The notes below the pieces were generated by a model. The model worked only from the letters and a program-made list of their open reading frames with translations. It made no database searches and had not been told where the DNA came from. From Thermodesulfovibrionia bacterium (GTDB taxonomy: Bacteria > Nitrospirota > Thermodesulfovibrionia > UBA6902 > BMS3Bbin08), in NCBI GenBank assembly GCA_030694425.1, contig JAUXYI010000011.1:14301-78300 (forward strand): a DNA stretch of 64,000 bases, written 5' to 3'. Positions 19,425 to 29,563 of this stretch are shown here, in pieces; position 1 is the first letter of the stretch, and each line of letters starts with the position of its first letter. The translations under genes were made by a program, and so were the position numbers.

Positions 19425-19718
19425 TTATTTCTCCATTTCTTTAAAAAGGCTTTCCCACATTTCATCTGGTGACGTTCCTATTCTCGGTTTTTTACATCCG
19501 CAGTCTTCTGCAGCTTTTTTTGTTGCAATTTCTACAAAGACATGAAATTCTCCCTTTGGCGTTCTCATAACTAAATAAGATTGCCCTGATTCACCTGTGA
19601 TTGTTCTCATTTCCAAAACATGTTGTCTGAATTTAGGAACTAAGGCATACTGCTTTTTCTTAGATTTGGGTTTCATTTCTTCTCTCTCCTTTCTTTGCAG
19701 ATTTTGAATTAAATGCAA
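19425..19718 (-). CDS. Hypothetical small basic protein (islet cargo)
   Basis: 97 aa ORF; own terminator; Cys pair CGC; no recognisable family. Confidence 0.4.
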   Translation of the reverse strand: MHLIQNLQRKEREEMKPKSKKKQYALVPKFRQHVLEMRTITGESGQSYLVMRTPKGEFHVFVEIATKKAAEDCGCKKPRIGTSPDEMWESLFKEMEK

Positions 19719-19912
19719 TATATCTATTCAATCGAGGGGATTATGTCAAGATACTTTATTTGTAATAGTGGGTAAGCTTTTAATTCAGCTTTAAGCGTAT
19801 TTTTTCTTTTCAAATATCTTCTGCCTGCTAAAAGTATTCCGCCTGTAACAAAGAGAATAGAGCTTATTGGTTCAGGGACGACCAAGCCCTATGCAAAAAA
19901 ATATCTCCGGGG

Positions 19913-20284
19913 CTATACCGCTATCTCTAAGGCTATCTTGTTATAGTTTATTATCGGTTTTATTTTTCTGTCGGTTGCCTTTGTCTCAATCAATCCTATC
20001 TTCTCTAAATACTTCAAATCATCAGCTACGTTTTTCAGGTCTCTCTTTGCCATACGTGCAAGCTCATTAATGGATTGTGGTTTCTGTGTTTTGATAACGT
20101 GTAACAGTTCAAGTCTTTTGGGAGTCAATGCCTTCCTCAATGCCTCAAAGCTGGTAAAGTAGATTTCAGGCTCTTTGACGGGTTTAAACCGCTTCCCCTG
20201 TTCAATAGCTTCCCCAGTTTTGACAAAATCATTTAGAATTACTTTTAAATCTTTAATGCCTACTTTGATTCTTTTCACTTTCAT
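19913..20284 (-). CDS. Winged-helix DNA-binding protein (HVO_A0114-like), putative antitoxin/regulator
   Basis: 123 aa; LELLHVIKTQKPQSINELARMAKRDLKNVADDLKYLEKIGLIE = wHTH; 4-nt ATGA overlap with upstream gene. Confidence 0.55.
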   Translation of the reverse strand: MKVKRIKVGIKDLKVILNDFVKTGEAIEQGKRFKPVKEPEIYFTSFEALRKALTPKRLELLHVIKTQKPQSINELARMAKRDLKNVADDLKYLEKIGLIETKATDRKIKPIINYNKIALEIAV

Positions 20285-20571
20285 AGTTCACCTCTCTTAT
20301 ATTTGTCTATGTCTTTGTAAAAATCCTCTGCCAATTTACTAAGGCTGATAAATTTATAAGGCTTTGTTTTTCCCCTTATATGCCTGTGGTCTCCTTTACC
20401 TTCTGCATTGTCATAACCAATTACCCGGACATCGTCAACAATATAAACCAGCGAATATTTATAGCCATGCGGTTTATCTTTTGTTGGTTGCGGCAACTGC
20501 CACATTTTAACCTCAATAGTATTATCCTGTTCATCTATAGCCTTTCTATGTTTAATCAGTTCCGCTTTCAC
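20281..20571 (-). CDS. DUF6516-like small protein, putative toxin partner (TumE-like)
   Basis: 96 aa; conserved-looking core YSLVYIVDDVRVIGYDNAEGKGDHRHIRG; operonic with the wHTH protein. Confidence 0.45.
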   Translation of the reverse strand: MKAELIKHRKAIDEQDNTIEVKMWQLPQPTKDKPHGYKYSLVYIVDDVRVIGYDNAEGKGDHRHIRGKTKPYKFISLSKLAEDFYKDIDKYKRGEL

Positions 20572-20825
20572 ATAGGTATTTTATACCTATGATATGGCCA
20601 TGTCAATAATCTCCTCTTTATGCTCTACTAAGGTCTGGTGATTGCTTACGAAATGTTCTTTAATTCGGTTTTTTTTAACTCTTGCTCTAAATTGTATAGT
20701 TTTTGTATAGTAGACAGGGGTAAAAATAGGGAAAAGGGGAGTAACCCCCTTTCCCGTAATAGCCATTAAAGGTAAGAAATAGCAGGCGGAAGCACTTTAA
20801 GGAAAACTGAAATGTGACTCCGTGT

Positions 20826-20874
20826 AGCCCTTACAAGGCTGAGGTCACAGGTTCAATCCCTGTTCCGCCTACCA
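20826..20874 (+). repeat. Duplicate of tRNA-Val 3' half (attR-like)
   Basis: agcccttacaaggctgaggtcacaggttcaatccctgttccgcctacca identical to 19092-19140. Confidence 0.85.
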
Positions 20875-20959
20875 TTCAGTGAATAGTTAATAGTAATTTG
20901 AATATTTAAAATTACAGATTGTTTTAACTATTCACTAATAACTGTTCACTGCCGTTTAT

Positions 20960-21036
<77 letters not shown>

Positions 21037-21064
21037 TAATACTTGATGTTTTTATAGGGGATAT

Positions 21065-21457
21065 ATGCCAAAACACAATTTATTTTTTGGACAGTTTCTT
21101 TTAAAAAATAACATTATCAGCCGGATAGAAATATTCAGGGCTCGGCTGTTCCAAAAAAAGAACAACCGTAAGATTGGCGAGTTAGCCCATAAAAGGGGTT
21201 GGTTGACAGAGGATGATATTGAAAAAATTGTAATCGCGCAGGAAGAAACCAGCGAAAAGTTCGGTGAAATTGCACTGAGGGAAAATCTATTACAGAAAGC
21301 TCAGCTTGATGAACTTCTGAAAGAACAGGAAGATAAATATATTTTTTTTGGTGAGGCGCTTGTAAAGATAGGGGCGCTTTCATATGAAGACCTCTTAAAA
21401 TATCTAAAGGATTTCAATAAGCTGCAGGTCTTCACGAAGCAGGAAGATGAAAAGTAA
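21065..21457 (+). CDS. Hypothetical protein
   Basis: 130 aa ORF, acidic helical C-terminus; no family recognised. Confidence 0.35.
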   Translation: MPKHNLFFGQFLLKNNIISRIEIFRARLFQKKNNRKIGELAHKRGWLTEDDIEKIVIAQEETSEKFGEIALRENLLQKAQLDELLKEQEDKYIFFGEALVKIGALSYEDLLKYLKDFNKLQVFTKQEDEK

Positions 21458-21458
21458 C

Positions 21459-21872
21459 TTAATTATTTAGATTTTTTTTAGGATTATACAGATAAACCCA
21501 CGCAGATATCAAAACAAGAAAAATTGTTGCTATCAGAATTATCTTCCCCGAAAGCTCAATGTATACAAGTTTCTGGACATAATTAATTATAAAAGAACCC
21601 CTATAGCTTTCAGAGGGGTCGTGCATCCCTCTCAACCAGACCTCAAGATATGTTAAAGGACAATACCATCCAAAAATCTGTATCAGCAGTGCAAATCCCA
21701 TTCCCCCTATATGAAGCATCTTTATCCGCCTGTGCCGTCTTCCGATAAAGGCCCCGAAAATAAGAAGTACTACCCAAAAGAAATGGAGCAGGACAACAAT
21801 ATCAGCAGTTATTTTATAAAACATCTTAGACCAAGTTGCATTCACAAATCCCCCTTCATCCCCCTTTTTCAT
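21459..21872 (-). CDS. DUF2784-like membrane protein
   Basis: Two TM helices and a W.CPLT.LE..LR motif; the true start is probably the internal MFYKITADIV. Confidence 0.45.
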   Translation of the reverse strand: MKKGDEGGFVNATWSKMFYKITADIVVLLHFFWVVLLIFGAFIGRRHRRIKMLHIGGMGFALLIQIFGWYCPLTYLEVWLRGMHDPSESYRGSFIINYVQKLVYIELSGKIILIATIFLVLISAWVYLYNPKKNLNN

Positions 21873-21918
21873 AGTGGGAATTTGATTCCCCTCTTTACTA
21901 ACGAGGGGCGAGGGGAGA
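21849..21918. repeat. C5/G5 palindrome cluster
   Basis: tcccccttcatccccctttttcatagtgggaatttgattcccctctttactaacgaggggcgaggggag. Confidence 0.8.
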
Positions 21919-21956
21919 TTTTATAAAGTATATCTTTAATTGCAACATAATATTAA

Positions 21957-22595
21957 CTATGTTTTGAGAGGTAATTGTTGGTCCATTACGTGCTTAAAAC
22001 TTTTTCGATGGATAGGACACGGTCCATATAATTGTATACATTCCATATGCCCTTTTGTAGGATAGCCTTTATGTTTTTTGAAATTATAATGGGGATATTC
22101 TTTGTCATAGGAAAGCATAATGTCGTCCCTTATTGTTTTTGCAATAATTGATGCAGCAGCAATGGATGCACTCACAGATTCGCCCTTGATTATTGACTTT
22201 TGGACAATATCAGTGCAGTTTGGAAGGGTTACAGCATCAATCAGCAGTATATCTGGAGTTATTACCAGGTCTTTAACCGCCATTTCCATGGCAAGCTTTG
22301 TGGCTTTAAGTATATTTGTCCTATCTATGATACCAGCATCTACTATCCCGATGCCAATACCATCAGCATTACACACAATATCCCAGAACAATTTTTTCCG
22401 CTTGTTTTCAGTAACCTGTTTTGAATCTCTAAGGCCGTCAATAATAAGTGCTTGTGGGAGTATAACAGCAGCAGCAACAACAGGGCCTGCTAACGGCCCT
22501 CTGCCTGCTTCGTCAATGCCGGCAATAACCAAATAATCGTTTCTGACAGACTCATCGAATAAGAATATTAAGTTTGAGTTTTGAAGAAGAGCCAT
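21957..22595 (-). CDS. rnhB: Ribonuclease HII
   Basis: 212 aa; AGIDEAGRGPLAGPVV catalytic motif. Confidence 0.9.
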   Translation of the reverse strand: MALLQNSNLIFLFDESVRNDYLVIAGIDEAGRGPLAGPVVAAAVILPQALIIDGLRDSKQVTENKRKKLFWDIVCNADGIGIGIVDAGIIDRTNILKATKLAMEMAVKDLVITPDILLIDAVTLPNCTDIVQKSIIKGESVSASIAAASIIAKTIRDDIMLSYDKEYPHYNFKKHKGYPTKGHMECIQLYGPCPIHRKSFKHVMDQQLPLKT

Positions 22596-22667
22596 TGAAA
22601 AAACCCCTAAGGATTTGGTGGAGAAATACTAACAAAAATTAACTCCCAAAATACATTATTTTTAGCC

Positions 22668-22733
22668 GTCATACCGCACTTGATGCGGTATCCAGTCTTT
22701 ATTTTTCTGGATTCCTGCTTCCGCAGGAATGAC
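22668..22733. mobile_element. MITE-like element (GTCATACC...GGAATGAC)
   Basis: gtcataccgcacttgatgcggtatccag...ctggattcctgcttccgcaggaatgac. Confidence 0.7.
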
Positions 22734-22746
22734 AAAACATGCAAAC

Positions 22747-23115
22747 TTATTTATGGGACATAACATTAGCTTCTACAAAACTCTTTTCTTTTACTTTAGC
22801 TGCCTTGCCTTTTTTACCTCGGAGATAATAGAGTTTTGCCCTCCTTACTTTGCCCTCTTTTATAAGCTCTATTTTGCTTATCAGCGGAGAATGGATTGGA
22901 AAAACTTTCTCAACGCCGATACCGTAGGATATTTTTCTCACTGTAAAAGTCTCACGGATTCCGCTTCCTTTTCTGCCTATTACAATACCTTCAAATGCCT
23001 GAAGTCTTTCTTTATCCCCTTCCTTAACCTGTATACTTACCCTGACAGTATCACCAACTCTAAAAGGAGTGATATCCCTTTTAAAACCTTCCTCTATAAT
23101 TTTTATGGCATCCAC
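22747..23115 (-). CDS. rplS: 50S ribosomal protein L19
   Basis: 122 aa; canonical L19 sequence. Confidence 0.9.
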   Translation of the reverse strand: MDAIKIIEEGFKRDITPFRVGDTVRVSIQVKEGDKERLQAFEGIVIGRKGSGIRETFTVRKISYGIGVEKVFPIHSPLISKIELIKEGKVRRAKLYYLRGKKGKAAKVKEKSFVEANVMSHK

Positions 23116-23116
23116 T

Positions 23117-23848
23117 TTACTGCTCCTCCTTTATTTCTGAAAGTATCTTTTTATCTTCATCAGTAAGTTGTATCTTTTCAAGAAGTTCGGGCCTTACTTT
23201 AAAAGTCTTTCTTATTGCCTCCCTCCTTCTCCACAGCCATATCTCCTTATGGTTGCCTGAAACAAGTATATCCGGTACGCTTAACCCGCGGAATTCCCTC
23301 GGCCTTGTGTAATGGGGATAGTCAAGCAATCCCCACGAAAATGATTCCTCTTCTATTGATTTTTCATCTCCTAAGGCGCCTTTAATAAGTCTTGCCGAGG
23401 CATCAATTATAACAAGCGCGCCTAACTCTCCGCCTGTCATAACATAATCACCGATTGAAATTTCCTCATCTATCAAGGACATTACCCTTTCATCTATTCC
23501 TTCATACCGCCCGCATATAAATACGAGTCTTCGTTTTTCCTCTGAAAACTCCCCTGCAAGCCGCTGGTCAAAAGGTCTTCCCTGAGGACTGAGGAGAATG
23601 GTTCTCCTCTGTTCATTATCCTTTTTGAGAAAATCAATTACATTAAAGAGAGGCTCGGGTTTTAATACCATGCCCGGGCCGCCTCCATACGGGTAATCGT
23701 CAACAATTTTATGTTTGTCTGACGCAAAATCCCTGATATTATATATCTTAACCTCAATAAGCTTTTTTTCCTGAGCCCTTTTTAAAATGCTCTCTTTGAG
23801 ATAGGCATTTATTATATCAGGGAAGAGTGTCAGAACATCACATTTCAT
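23117..23848 (-). CDS. trmD: tRNA (guanine37-N1)-methyltransferase
   Basis: 243 aa; [13 protein letters not shown]...[17 protein letters not shown]. Confidence 0.9.
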   Translation of the reverse strand: MKCDVLTLFPDIINAYLKESILKRAQEKKLIEVKIYNIRDFASDKHKIVDDYPYGGGPGMVLKPEPLFNVIDFLKKDNEQRRTILLSPQGRPFDQRLAGEFSEEKRRLVFICGRYEGIDERVMSLIDEEISIGDYVMTGGELGALVIIDASARLIKGALGDEKSIEEESFSWGLLDYPHYTRPREFRGLSVPDILVSGNHKEIWLWRRREAIRKTFKVRPELLEKIQLTDEDKKILSEIKEEQ

Positions 23849-24009
23849 TTAGAAATTTAAAAAACATTTTGCCACAGACTTTCACTGACTATTTAATCAG
23901 TAGGTAAGAAATAGGAAATGGGAAGTATAAGGCATTTTCTTTACTTCTCATTTCTTGCTTTTAACTTCTCACTTTTTCTTTCGTCTGTGTCCGTCAGTGG
24001 CTAAATAAA

Positions 24010-24240
24010 CTATTCTAATATCTCAAGGACGCATCTCTTGCCGATTTTAGTCCCTGATGCACTCAGCAGCGTCCTTATAGACCTTGCTGTTTTGCCCTGC
24101 TTGCCGATGACTTTACCGAGATCACTCTGCGCAACCCGCAACTCGTAAACAGTTGTCCTTTCTCCTACTACTTCAGCAACAGAGACCTCTTCTGGCTTGT
24201 CAACCAGAGCCTTTGCTATCTGCTCGATTAACTCTTTCAT
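24010..24240 (-). CDS. KH-domain RNA-binding protein (YlqC-like)
   Basis: 76 aa; [24 protein letters not shown] loop. Confidence 0.8.
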   Translation of the reverse strand: MKELIEQIAKALVDKPEEVSVAEVVGERTTVYELRVAQSDLGKVIGKQGKTARSIRTLLSASGTKIGKRCVLEILE

Positions 24241-24296
24241 CTGACTACCTCCTTACATGTCGCAGACCATATGAACCCTAAGATATAAGCTGTCTT

Positions 24297-24533
24297 TTAC
24301 AGTCCAGCTATTTTCAAAAGCTTTCTGACGCTGGGAGTTGGTTGTGCCCCGCGCTCAAGCCAATATTTAGCTCTTTCCAGATTTATTTTAATCTCTGAAG
24401 GCTCTTTTAATGGATTATACGTGCCAAGAATCTCTAAAAAAGGGCCGTCTCTTCTTTCTCTTGAATCAGCGGCAATAACCCTGTAGAAAGGTCTTTTCTT
24501 AGCGCCCTTTCGTGTCAGCCTTATCTTTACCAA
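24297..24533 (-). CDS. rpsP: 30S ribosomal protein S16
   Basis: 78 aa; [25 protein letters not shown]. Confidence 0.9.
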   Translation of the reverse strand: MVKIRLTRKGAKKRPFYRVIAADSRERRDGPFLEILGTYNPLKEPSEIKINLERAKYWLERGAQPTPSVRKLLKIAGL

Positions 24534-24616
24534 ATCACATCCTCCTCTTTACCCCGTTAGATAAAAAAATATTTAATAAGTTTATCCCGTTTAGATTAAA
24601 GGTGATCTAACGGGGT

Positions 24617-25942
24617 TTATCCAAAATTTAAAAACTTAGCGAGCTTGGATTGTCCTCCGCTCTTAAACATTTTCAGCATTTTTTTCATTTGAAGATATTG
24701 TTTTATCAGCCTGTTTACATCGGCTACCGTGGTCCCGCTTCCCATGGCCATCCTCTTTTTCCGGCTGCCGTTAATTATAACATAATTTCCTCTTTCCTGT
24801 TTAGTCATTGAATTAATTATTGCCTCAATTTTTACAAGCTCCTTATCATTTACTGACATACCCTTAATCTGCTTGCCTATGCCGGGAATCATTGAGAGTA
24901 TATTTTCGAGTGGTCCCATCTTCCTGATCTGGGTTAACTGGTCCTTAAGGTCCTCAAATGTAAACTTATTTTCACTTAATCTCTTTTGTAATTTAACAGC
25001 TTCTTTTATATTTACAGCCTCCTGGGCTTTTTCCACAAGGCTTACTATATCACCCATGCCGAGAATCCTCGACGCCATTCTCTCCGGGTGGAACGGTTCA
25101 AGGGCTTCAATTTTTTCACTGGCGCCTATAAATTTAACAGGCTTTCCTGTGACAGCAATCATTGAAAGGGCTGCGCCGCCTCTTGCATCGCCGTCCATCT
25201 TGGTCAGGATAATGCCGTCAATATTAAGCCTGTTATCAAATGACTTTGCGATATTTACTGCATCCTGTCCTGTCATGGCATCAGCGACAAGCAGGATTTC
25301 TTTGGGTTTTGCTTCCTTTTTTATTTCCTCAAGCTCTTTCATTAACTGCTCATCTATGTGAAGCCTGCCAGCTGTGTCAAGGATAACCACATCCCTACCC
25401 TCGGAATTAGCCTTTTTAATGGCATCTGCGCAAATCCTTATAGGAGAGTCTTCTGCCCTTGTGGAATATACCGGTACATCAATTTGAGCGCCGAGTGTAA
25501 TCAGTTGATCAATAGCAGCAGGTCTTGCAGTATCCATAGCAACAAGCACTGGTCTTCTTCCGTCCTTTTTAAAGCTTTTTGCGAGCTTTGCTGTTGTTGT
25601 GGTTTTGCCTGAGCCGTGAAGTCCAACAAGCATGAGCACAGTTGGAGGGTTTGGAGAGAGATTAATTTTGCTGTGCTTCCCGCCCATGAGACTGCACAGT
25701 TCGTCATAAACTATCTTTACAACCTGCTGTCCCGGGGTAATGCTTTCGGTCACTTCCTTACCAATAGCCTTAACCCTTACTCTCTCTGTAAAATCTTTGA
25801 CAACCTTAAAATTAACATCTGCTTCAAGGAGCGCCATTTTAATCTCTTTGAGGGCAGAGACGATGTCCTCTTCTCTCAGGAGTCCGCGGCCTTTTAGTTT
25901 TTTAAATATTCCTTCTAATTTCTCTGATAATGCTTCAAACAT
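24617..25942 (-). CDS. ffh: Signal recognition particle protein Ffh
   Basis: 441 aa; NG-domain GTPase motifs (GLHGSGKTTT, DTAGR, TKMDGD) and M-domain. Confidence 0.95.
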   Translation of the reverse strand: MFEALSEKLEGIFKKLKGRGLLREEDIVSALKEIKMALLEADVNFKVVKDFTERVRVKAIGKEVTESITPGQQVVKIVYDELCSLMGGKHSKINLSPNPPTVLMLVGLHGSGKTTTTAKLAKSFKKDGRRPVLVAMDTARPAAIDQLITLGAQIDVPVYSTRAEDSPIRICADAIKKANSEGRDVVILDTAGRLHIDEQLMKELEEIKKEAKPKEILLVADAMTGQDAVNIAKSFDNRLNIDGIILTKMDGDARGGAALSMIAVTGKPVKFIGASEKIEALEPFHPERMASRILGMGDIVSLVEKAQEAVNIKEAVKLQKRLSENKFTFEDLKDQLTQIRKMGPLENILSMIPGIGKQIKGMSVNDKELVKIEAIINSMTKQERGNYVIINGSRKKRMAMGSGTTVADVNRLIKQYLQMKKMLKMFKSGGQSKLAKFLNFG

Positions 25943-25944
25943 AA

Positions 25945-26070
25945 TAGTGAAAAATCAAAATGTAAAATGAAAAATGCAAAATTAATGAGTTTTTTATTTT
26001 AAAATTTTAATCAAAAAATTTTCTTCAATAACTTTGATTTTTGATATTTGATTTTTGAATTTTATTCAGA
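25945..26070. repeat. AT-rich dispersed element(s) between ffh and trxB
   Basis: aaaatcaaaatgtaaaatgaaaaatgcaaaattaatgag...ctttgatttttgatatttgatttttgaatttta. Confidence 0.6.
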
Positions 26071-26989
26071 AATTTTCTTCAATATATTTTTCTGCTGATA
26101 CAGCAGCTATGGCGCCGTCCCCTACAGCAGTTGCTATCTGCTTCAGCGCCTTAGCCCTTACATCACCTGCTGCAAAAACACCAGTGACCGAAGTGCGCAT
26201 GTTTTCATCAGTAATTATATAATTATTCTTATTAATATCAACAAGCCCTTTGAGAAATTCTGTGTTTGGATTATACCCAACAAAGATAAAAACGCCCTGA
26301 ACATCAAGTACGGATTCTTCCTGTGTTATTACATTCTTTATATGTAAAGCCTTAACAGTGTTATCTCCATCTATCTTTTTTATAACAGAGTTCCATGTGA
26401 TTTTTATTTTTGGATTTGAAAAAGCGCGCTCCTGTATGATTTTTGCAGCCCTTAACCGGTCCCGCCTGTGAATTATATAGACTATTTCAGCAAACTTAGT
26501 TAAAAAAATTGCCTCTTCAACCGCAGAATCACCGCCGCCTACAACCGCAACTTTTTCATCTTTAAAAAAAGCTCCATCACATATAGCGCAGTACGATACC
26601 CCTTTCCCCCTGAATTCATTTTCTCCTGGTACGCCAACGTACCTCGGATGCGCCCCTGTGGCTATGATAATAGCTTTAGCTTCACATCCTCCCTTATTAT
26701 ATTCAAGGGTTACTTTTTTTATTTTTCCGTCTAAGGAAATATTTAAAACATTATCCTGAATTACTTCAAGGCCAAATTTTTTAGCCTGTCTTTCCATCTT
26801 CTGCGAAAGTTCAACTCCTGAAATTCCTTCATCAAAGCCGGGGTAGTTCTCTATAAATTCAGCGGTTGTAACCTGCCCTCCCGGTAAGCCTTTTTCTATC
26901 AGAAGACTTTTGAGCCTTGCCCTTGAAGTATAAAGTCCTGCCGTGAGCCCGGCAGGACCTCCGCCTATAATTACAACATCATATAGCAT
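26066..26989 (-). CDS. trxB: Thioredoxin reductase
   Basis: 307 aa; GGGPAG FAD motif, CAICDG redox-active disulfide. Confidence 0.9.
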   Translation of the reverse strand: MLYDVVIIGGGPAGLTAGLYTSRARLKSLLIEKGLPGGQVTTAEFIENYPGFDEGISGVELSQKMERQAKKFGLEVIQDNVLNISLDGKIKKVTLEYNKGGCEAKAIIIATGAHPRYVGVPGENEFRGKGVSYCAICDGAFFKDEKVAVVGGGDSAVEEAIFLTKFAEIVYIIHRRDRLRAAKIIQERAFSNPKIKITWNSVIKKIDGDNTVKALHIKNVITQEESVLDVQGVFIFVGYNPNTEFLKGLVDINKNNYIITDENMRTSVTGVFAAGDVRAKALKQIATAVGDGAIAAVSAEKYIEENF

Positions 26990-27319
26990 TTAACCGAGGA
27001 GGGAGTCTATCTTTGCTTTAAGGTGTGCTTTGGGTACTGCTCCAACTACCTGATCTACAATCTGTCCGTTTTTGAAAAACATTAAAGTCGGTATGCCCCT
27101 GATTTTGTATCGGCTTGCAAGGTCAGGGTTTTCATCGGTATTTACTTTAACAAATTTTGCTTTCCCCTCATATTCTTTAGAGAGTTCCTCAACTGTAGGG
27201 GCAACCATCTTGCATGGAGCGCACCATGTTGCCCAGAAATCAACCATTACAAGCTGTGGCGACTGAAGAACCTCATTATTCCAAGTATCAAGGCTAACAC
27301 TTTGAACGCCGCTGGACAT
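26990..27319 (-). CDS. trxA: Thioredoxin
   Basis: 109 aa; WCAPCK. Confidence 0.9.
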   Translation of the reverse strand: MSSGVQSVSLDTWNNEVLQSPQLVMVDFWATWCAPCKMVAPTVEELSKEYEGKAKFVKVNTDENPDLASRYKIRGIPTLMFFKNGQIVDQVVGAVPKAHLKAKIDSLLG

Positions 27320-27470
27320 TTAAATTCCTCCTGTTAATATGTTTGTAAGATTTTTAATTATATTTCTTTGAAAAATCTTTGTCAATTTCTTTGCCCCTTT
27401 CATTAACAAATAAACATTGTGTTAATATAATCGCATTAAACACAAAAATAATCACGGTAAGGAGATTACT

Positions 27471-28865
27471 CTGGGCATTCAATCACTAAAAAAACAACTT
27501 GAAAATCTGGACAAAAAATATCTCTGGCACCCATTTACACAGATGAAGGAATGGGCAAAAGAAACGCCAATAATTATTACAGAAGGATGCGGTTCTTTTC
27601 TTAAAGATATTTCCGGCAGATGGTATCTTGACGGCGTAGCATCTATCTGGGTTACGGTCCACGGACACAGGAAAAAAGAAATAGACAATGCAATAAAAAG
27701 CCAGATTGATAAAATCAGCCACTCTACCCTGCTTGGACTCACACATCCGCCTGCCATAAAATTAGCAGAGAAACTCGTTCAGGTCGTAAACTCGTCACTC
27801 GTCACTCGTCACTCGTCACTATCTAAGGTCTTCTACTCTGACAATGGCTCTACTGCCGTAGAAATAGGACTTAAAGTGGCATTTCAGTACTGGCAGCATA
27901 AAGGGATCAAACGCAAAAAAAGATTTTTATCTCTTAACAATGCATATCACGGCGACACAATAGGGGCAGTTAGCGTCGGAGGGATTGATATATTCCACAA
28001 TATATTTTCTCCATTACTCTTTAAGTCTTACAAAGCGCCCTCTCCATATTGTTACCGCTGTGAGTTCGCTAAGAAATTTCCTTCCTGTAAACTATTTTGT
28101 CTTAAAAAAATGGAACAGGTAATGCAGAAACACCATCAGGAAATAGCTGGATTGATTATTGAGCCGATTATGCAGGGAGCGGGCGGAATGATTGTGTCTC
28201 CTCCGGGATATTTGAAGGGAGTCAGGAAATTATGTGATAAATACAATATCCTTATGATTGCAGATGAGGTTGCAACCGGCTTTGGCAGGACAGGCAAAAT
28301 GTTCGCTTGCGAGCATGAAAAAGTAAGTCCTGATATCCTCTGCCTTGCAAAGGGAATCACAGGAGGCTACCTTCCGCTTGCCGCAACCATTACAACAGAA
28401 AAAATTTATAATGCGTTCCTTGGAGAATTTAAAGATTTAAAGACCTTTTTCCACGGGCATACTTACACAGGAAACCAGATTGCCTGTGCTGCTGCTGTTG
28501 CAAATCTTGAGATATTTAAAAAAGAAAAAACACTAAAAACGATGCAGAAAAAAATAGAAATATTAAAAAAAGGATTGTTCAAAATTACAGAACTTCCTCA
28601 TGTTGGCGATGTAAGACAGAAGGGTTTCATGGTTGGCATAGAGCTTGTGAAGGACAAAAAAACCAAGGAGCCTTATCCGACAGGAGAAAAAATCGGTTGG
28701 AAGGTTTGCTACAAGGCAAGAAAAAAAGGTCTTATCATAAGACCCCTCGGCAATGTCATAGTCTTAATGCCGCCTTTAAGCATTTCGCATCAGGAATTAA
28801 AAGGTCTTATTCAGATAACTGCAGAGGCGATTAAAGAAGTAACAGAAAAGATGGATAGGGGGTAG
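27471..28865 (+). CDS. bioA: Adenosylmethionine-8-amino-7-oxononanoate aminotransferase (class III aminotransferase)
   Basis: PLP-dependent AT-III fold; the ORF track starts at ATG 27543, but the conserved N-terminal motif YLWHPFTQM lies upstream in frame, so a non-ATG start (CTG 27471, 6 nt after aaggag) is likely; contains (CTCGTCA)x4 in frame at 27791-27820. Confidence 0.8.
   Translation: MGIQSLKKQLENLDKKYLWHPFTQMKEWAKETPIIITEGCGSFLKDISGRWYLDGVASIWVTVHGHRKKEIDNAIKSQIDKISHSTLLGLTHPPAIKLAEKLVQVVNSSLVTRHSSLSKVFYSDNGSTAVEIGLKVAFQYWQHKGIKRKKRFLSLNNAYHGDTIGAVSVGGIDIFHNIFSPLLFKSYKAPSPYCYRCEFAKKFPSCKLFCLKKMEQVMQKHHQEIAGLIIEPIMQGAGGMIVSPPGYLKGVRKLCDKYNILMIADEVATGFGRTGKMFACEHEKVSPDILCLAKGITGGYLPLAATITTEKIYNAFLGEFKDLKTFFHGHTYTGNQIACAAAVANLEIFKKEKTLKTMQKKIEILKKGLFKITELPHVGDVRQKGFMVGIELVKDKKTKEPYPTGEKIGWKVCYKARKKGLIIRPLGNVIVLMPPLSISHQELKGLIQITAEAIKEVTEKMDRG
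27791..27820. repeat. Tandem heptamer (CTCGTCA)x4 in frame in bioA
   Basis: ctcgtcactcgtcactcgtcactcgtcact encodes [10 protein letters not shown]. Confidence 0.85.
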
Positions 28866-28888
28866 CAGTTACAAACAAAAATTAAAAA

Positions 28889-29554
28889 TTATCCAGCAAG
28901 TCTCTCCAATTCCTCCTCATCTATTTGAAGCTCATGTGCAAGTATCTTCGGCGTTGCCCCGGTCTGGTGTATTACCTCTCTGAGGTACTCTATATAACTT
29001 ATTTGCTTTTCACACTGTTTGAAATAGTCTTTAAGTATCATAGCAAGGCCTTCAGATGGTATCCTGTATCCTTTTTTGGTAGCTTCCCTCTCGCCTACAC
29101 TTTCGGGAATTCCAATGACAACAACCCTGTCATCCATAGTTATAAAGCGGATGTTGCGCACCATAAGACAACTGCTGTAAATGACCTCCGCACCGGCTTT
29201 TGTATAAAGGTGGCCAATATGCAGTCTGTCAGGAAATTTCGGCAGAAGATATTTAATCCTTACCCCTCTCTTTGATAACCTCTCAATGGCGTCTATAACA
29301 TCTCTTACTCTTTTTTTATCATCTCCTGCCGGCAGCCTTCCGGTAATACATCCTATAATTTCTTCATTTGCATCCATCATTGAATCAATAACAGTGAGAA
29401 AATATTCCTGCCGGGTTAATATTTTTGTTGTCTTTCCAATTTCAAGTAGAAGATTTTTCCTCTGCCTGCCTTCCCTGATACTGTAAATGAGAAGGATAAT
29501 GGTGGCTACAAGCAATACAGATTCAAGTACAAGAAGCCATGTTGCAATAGTCAT
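28889..29554 (-). CDS. Hypothetical membrane-anchored protein
   Basis: 221 aa; N-terminal TM helix; co-directional with and 10 nt downstream of a receiver-domain gene. Confidence 0.35.
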   Translation of the reverse strand: MTIATWLLVLESVLLVATIILLIYSIREGRQRKNLLLEIGKTTKILTRQEYFLTVIDSMMDANEEIIGCITGRLPAGDDKKRVRDVIDAIERLSKRGVRIKYLLPKFPDRLHIGHLYTKAGAEVIYSSCLMVRNIRFITMDDRVVVIGIPESVGEREATKKGYRIPSEGLAMILKDYFKQCEKQISYIEYLREVIHQTGATPKILAHELQIDEEELERLAG

Positions 29555-29563
29555 AATAAAATC

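Larger units (their letters stand above)
19141..20825. mobile_element. Integrated islet bounded by tRNA-Val and a 49-bp duplicate of its 3' end; no integrase present (degraded or minimal element)
   Basis: Direct repeat 19092-19140 = 20826-20874; three small minus-strand genes, including an overlapping TA-like pair. Confidence 0.6.

Noticed and set aside
19141-20825. Looked for an integrase or recombinase inside the tRNA-Val islet
   Set aside because: All ORFs there are 123 aa or shorter. None has tyrosine or serine recombinase motifs.
24873-25361. Long antisense ORFs inside ffh (also 36748-37197 in rnfC, 50328-50942 in guaB, 44139-44624 in thiC)
   Set aside because: They lie opposite highly conserved, confidently identified genes, with Ser/Ala/Pro-rich low-complexity translations typical of antisense frames.
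27791-27820. Heptamer tandem arrays (also 5453-5480, 33581-33680, 51766-51833) as possible CRISPR arrays
   Set aside because: Units are 7 nt with no spacers, arrays are shorter than 100 nt, and no cas genes are present. These are micro/minisatellite-type repeats, not CRISPR.
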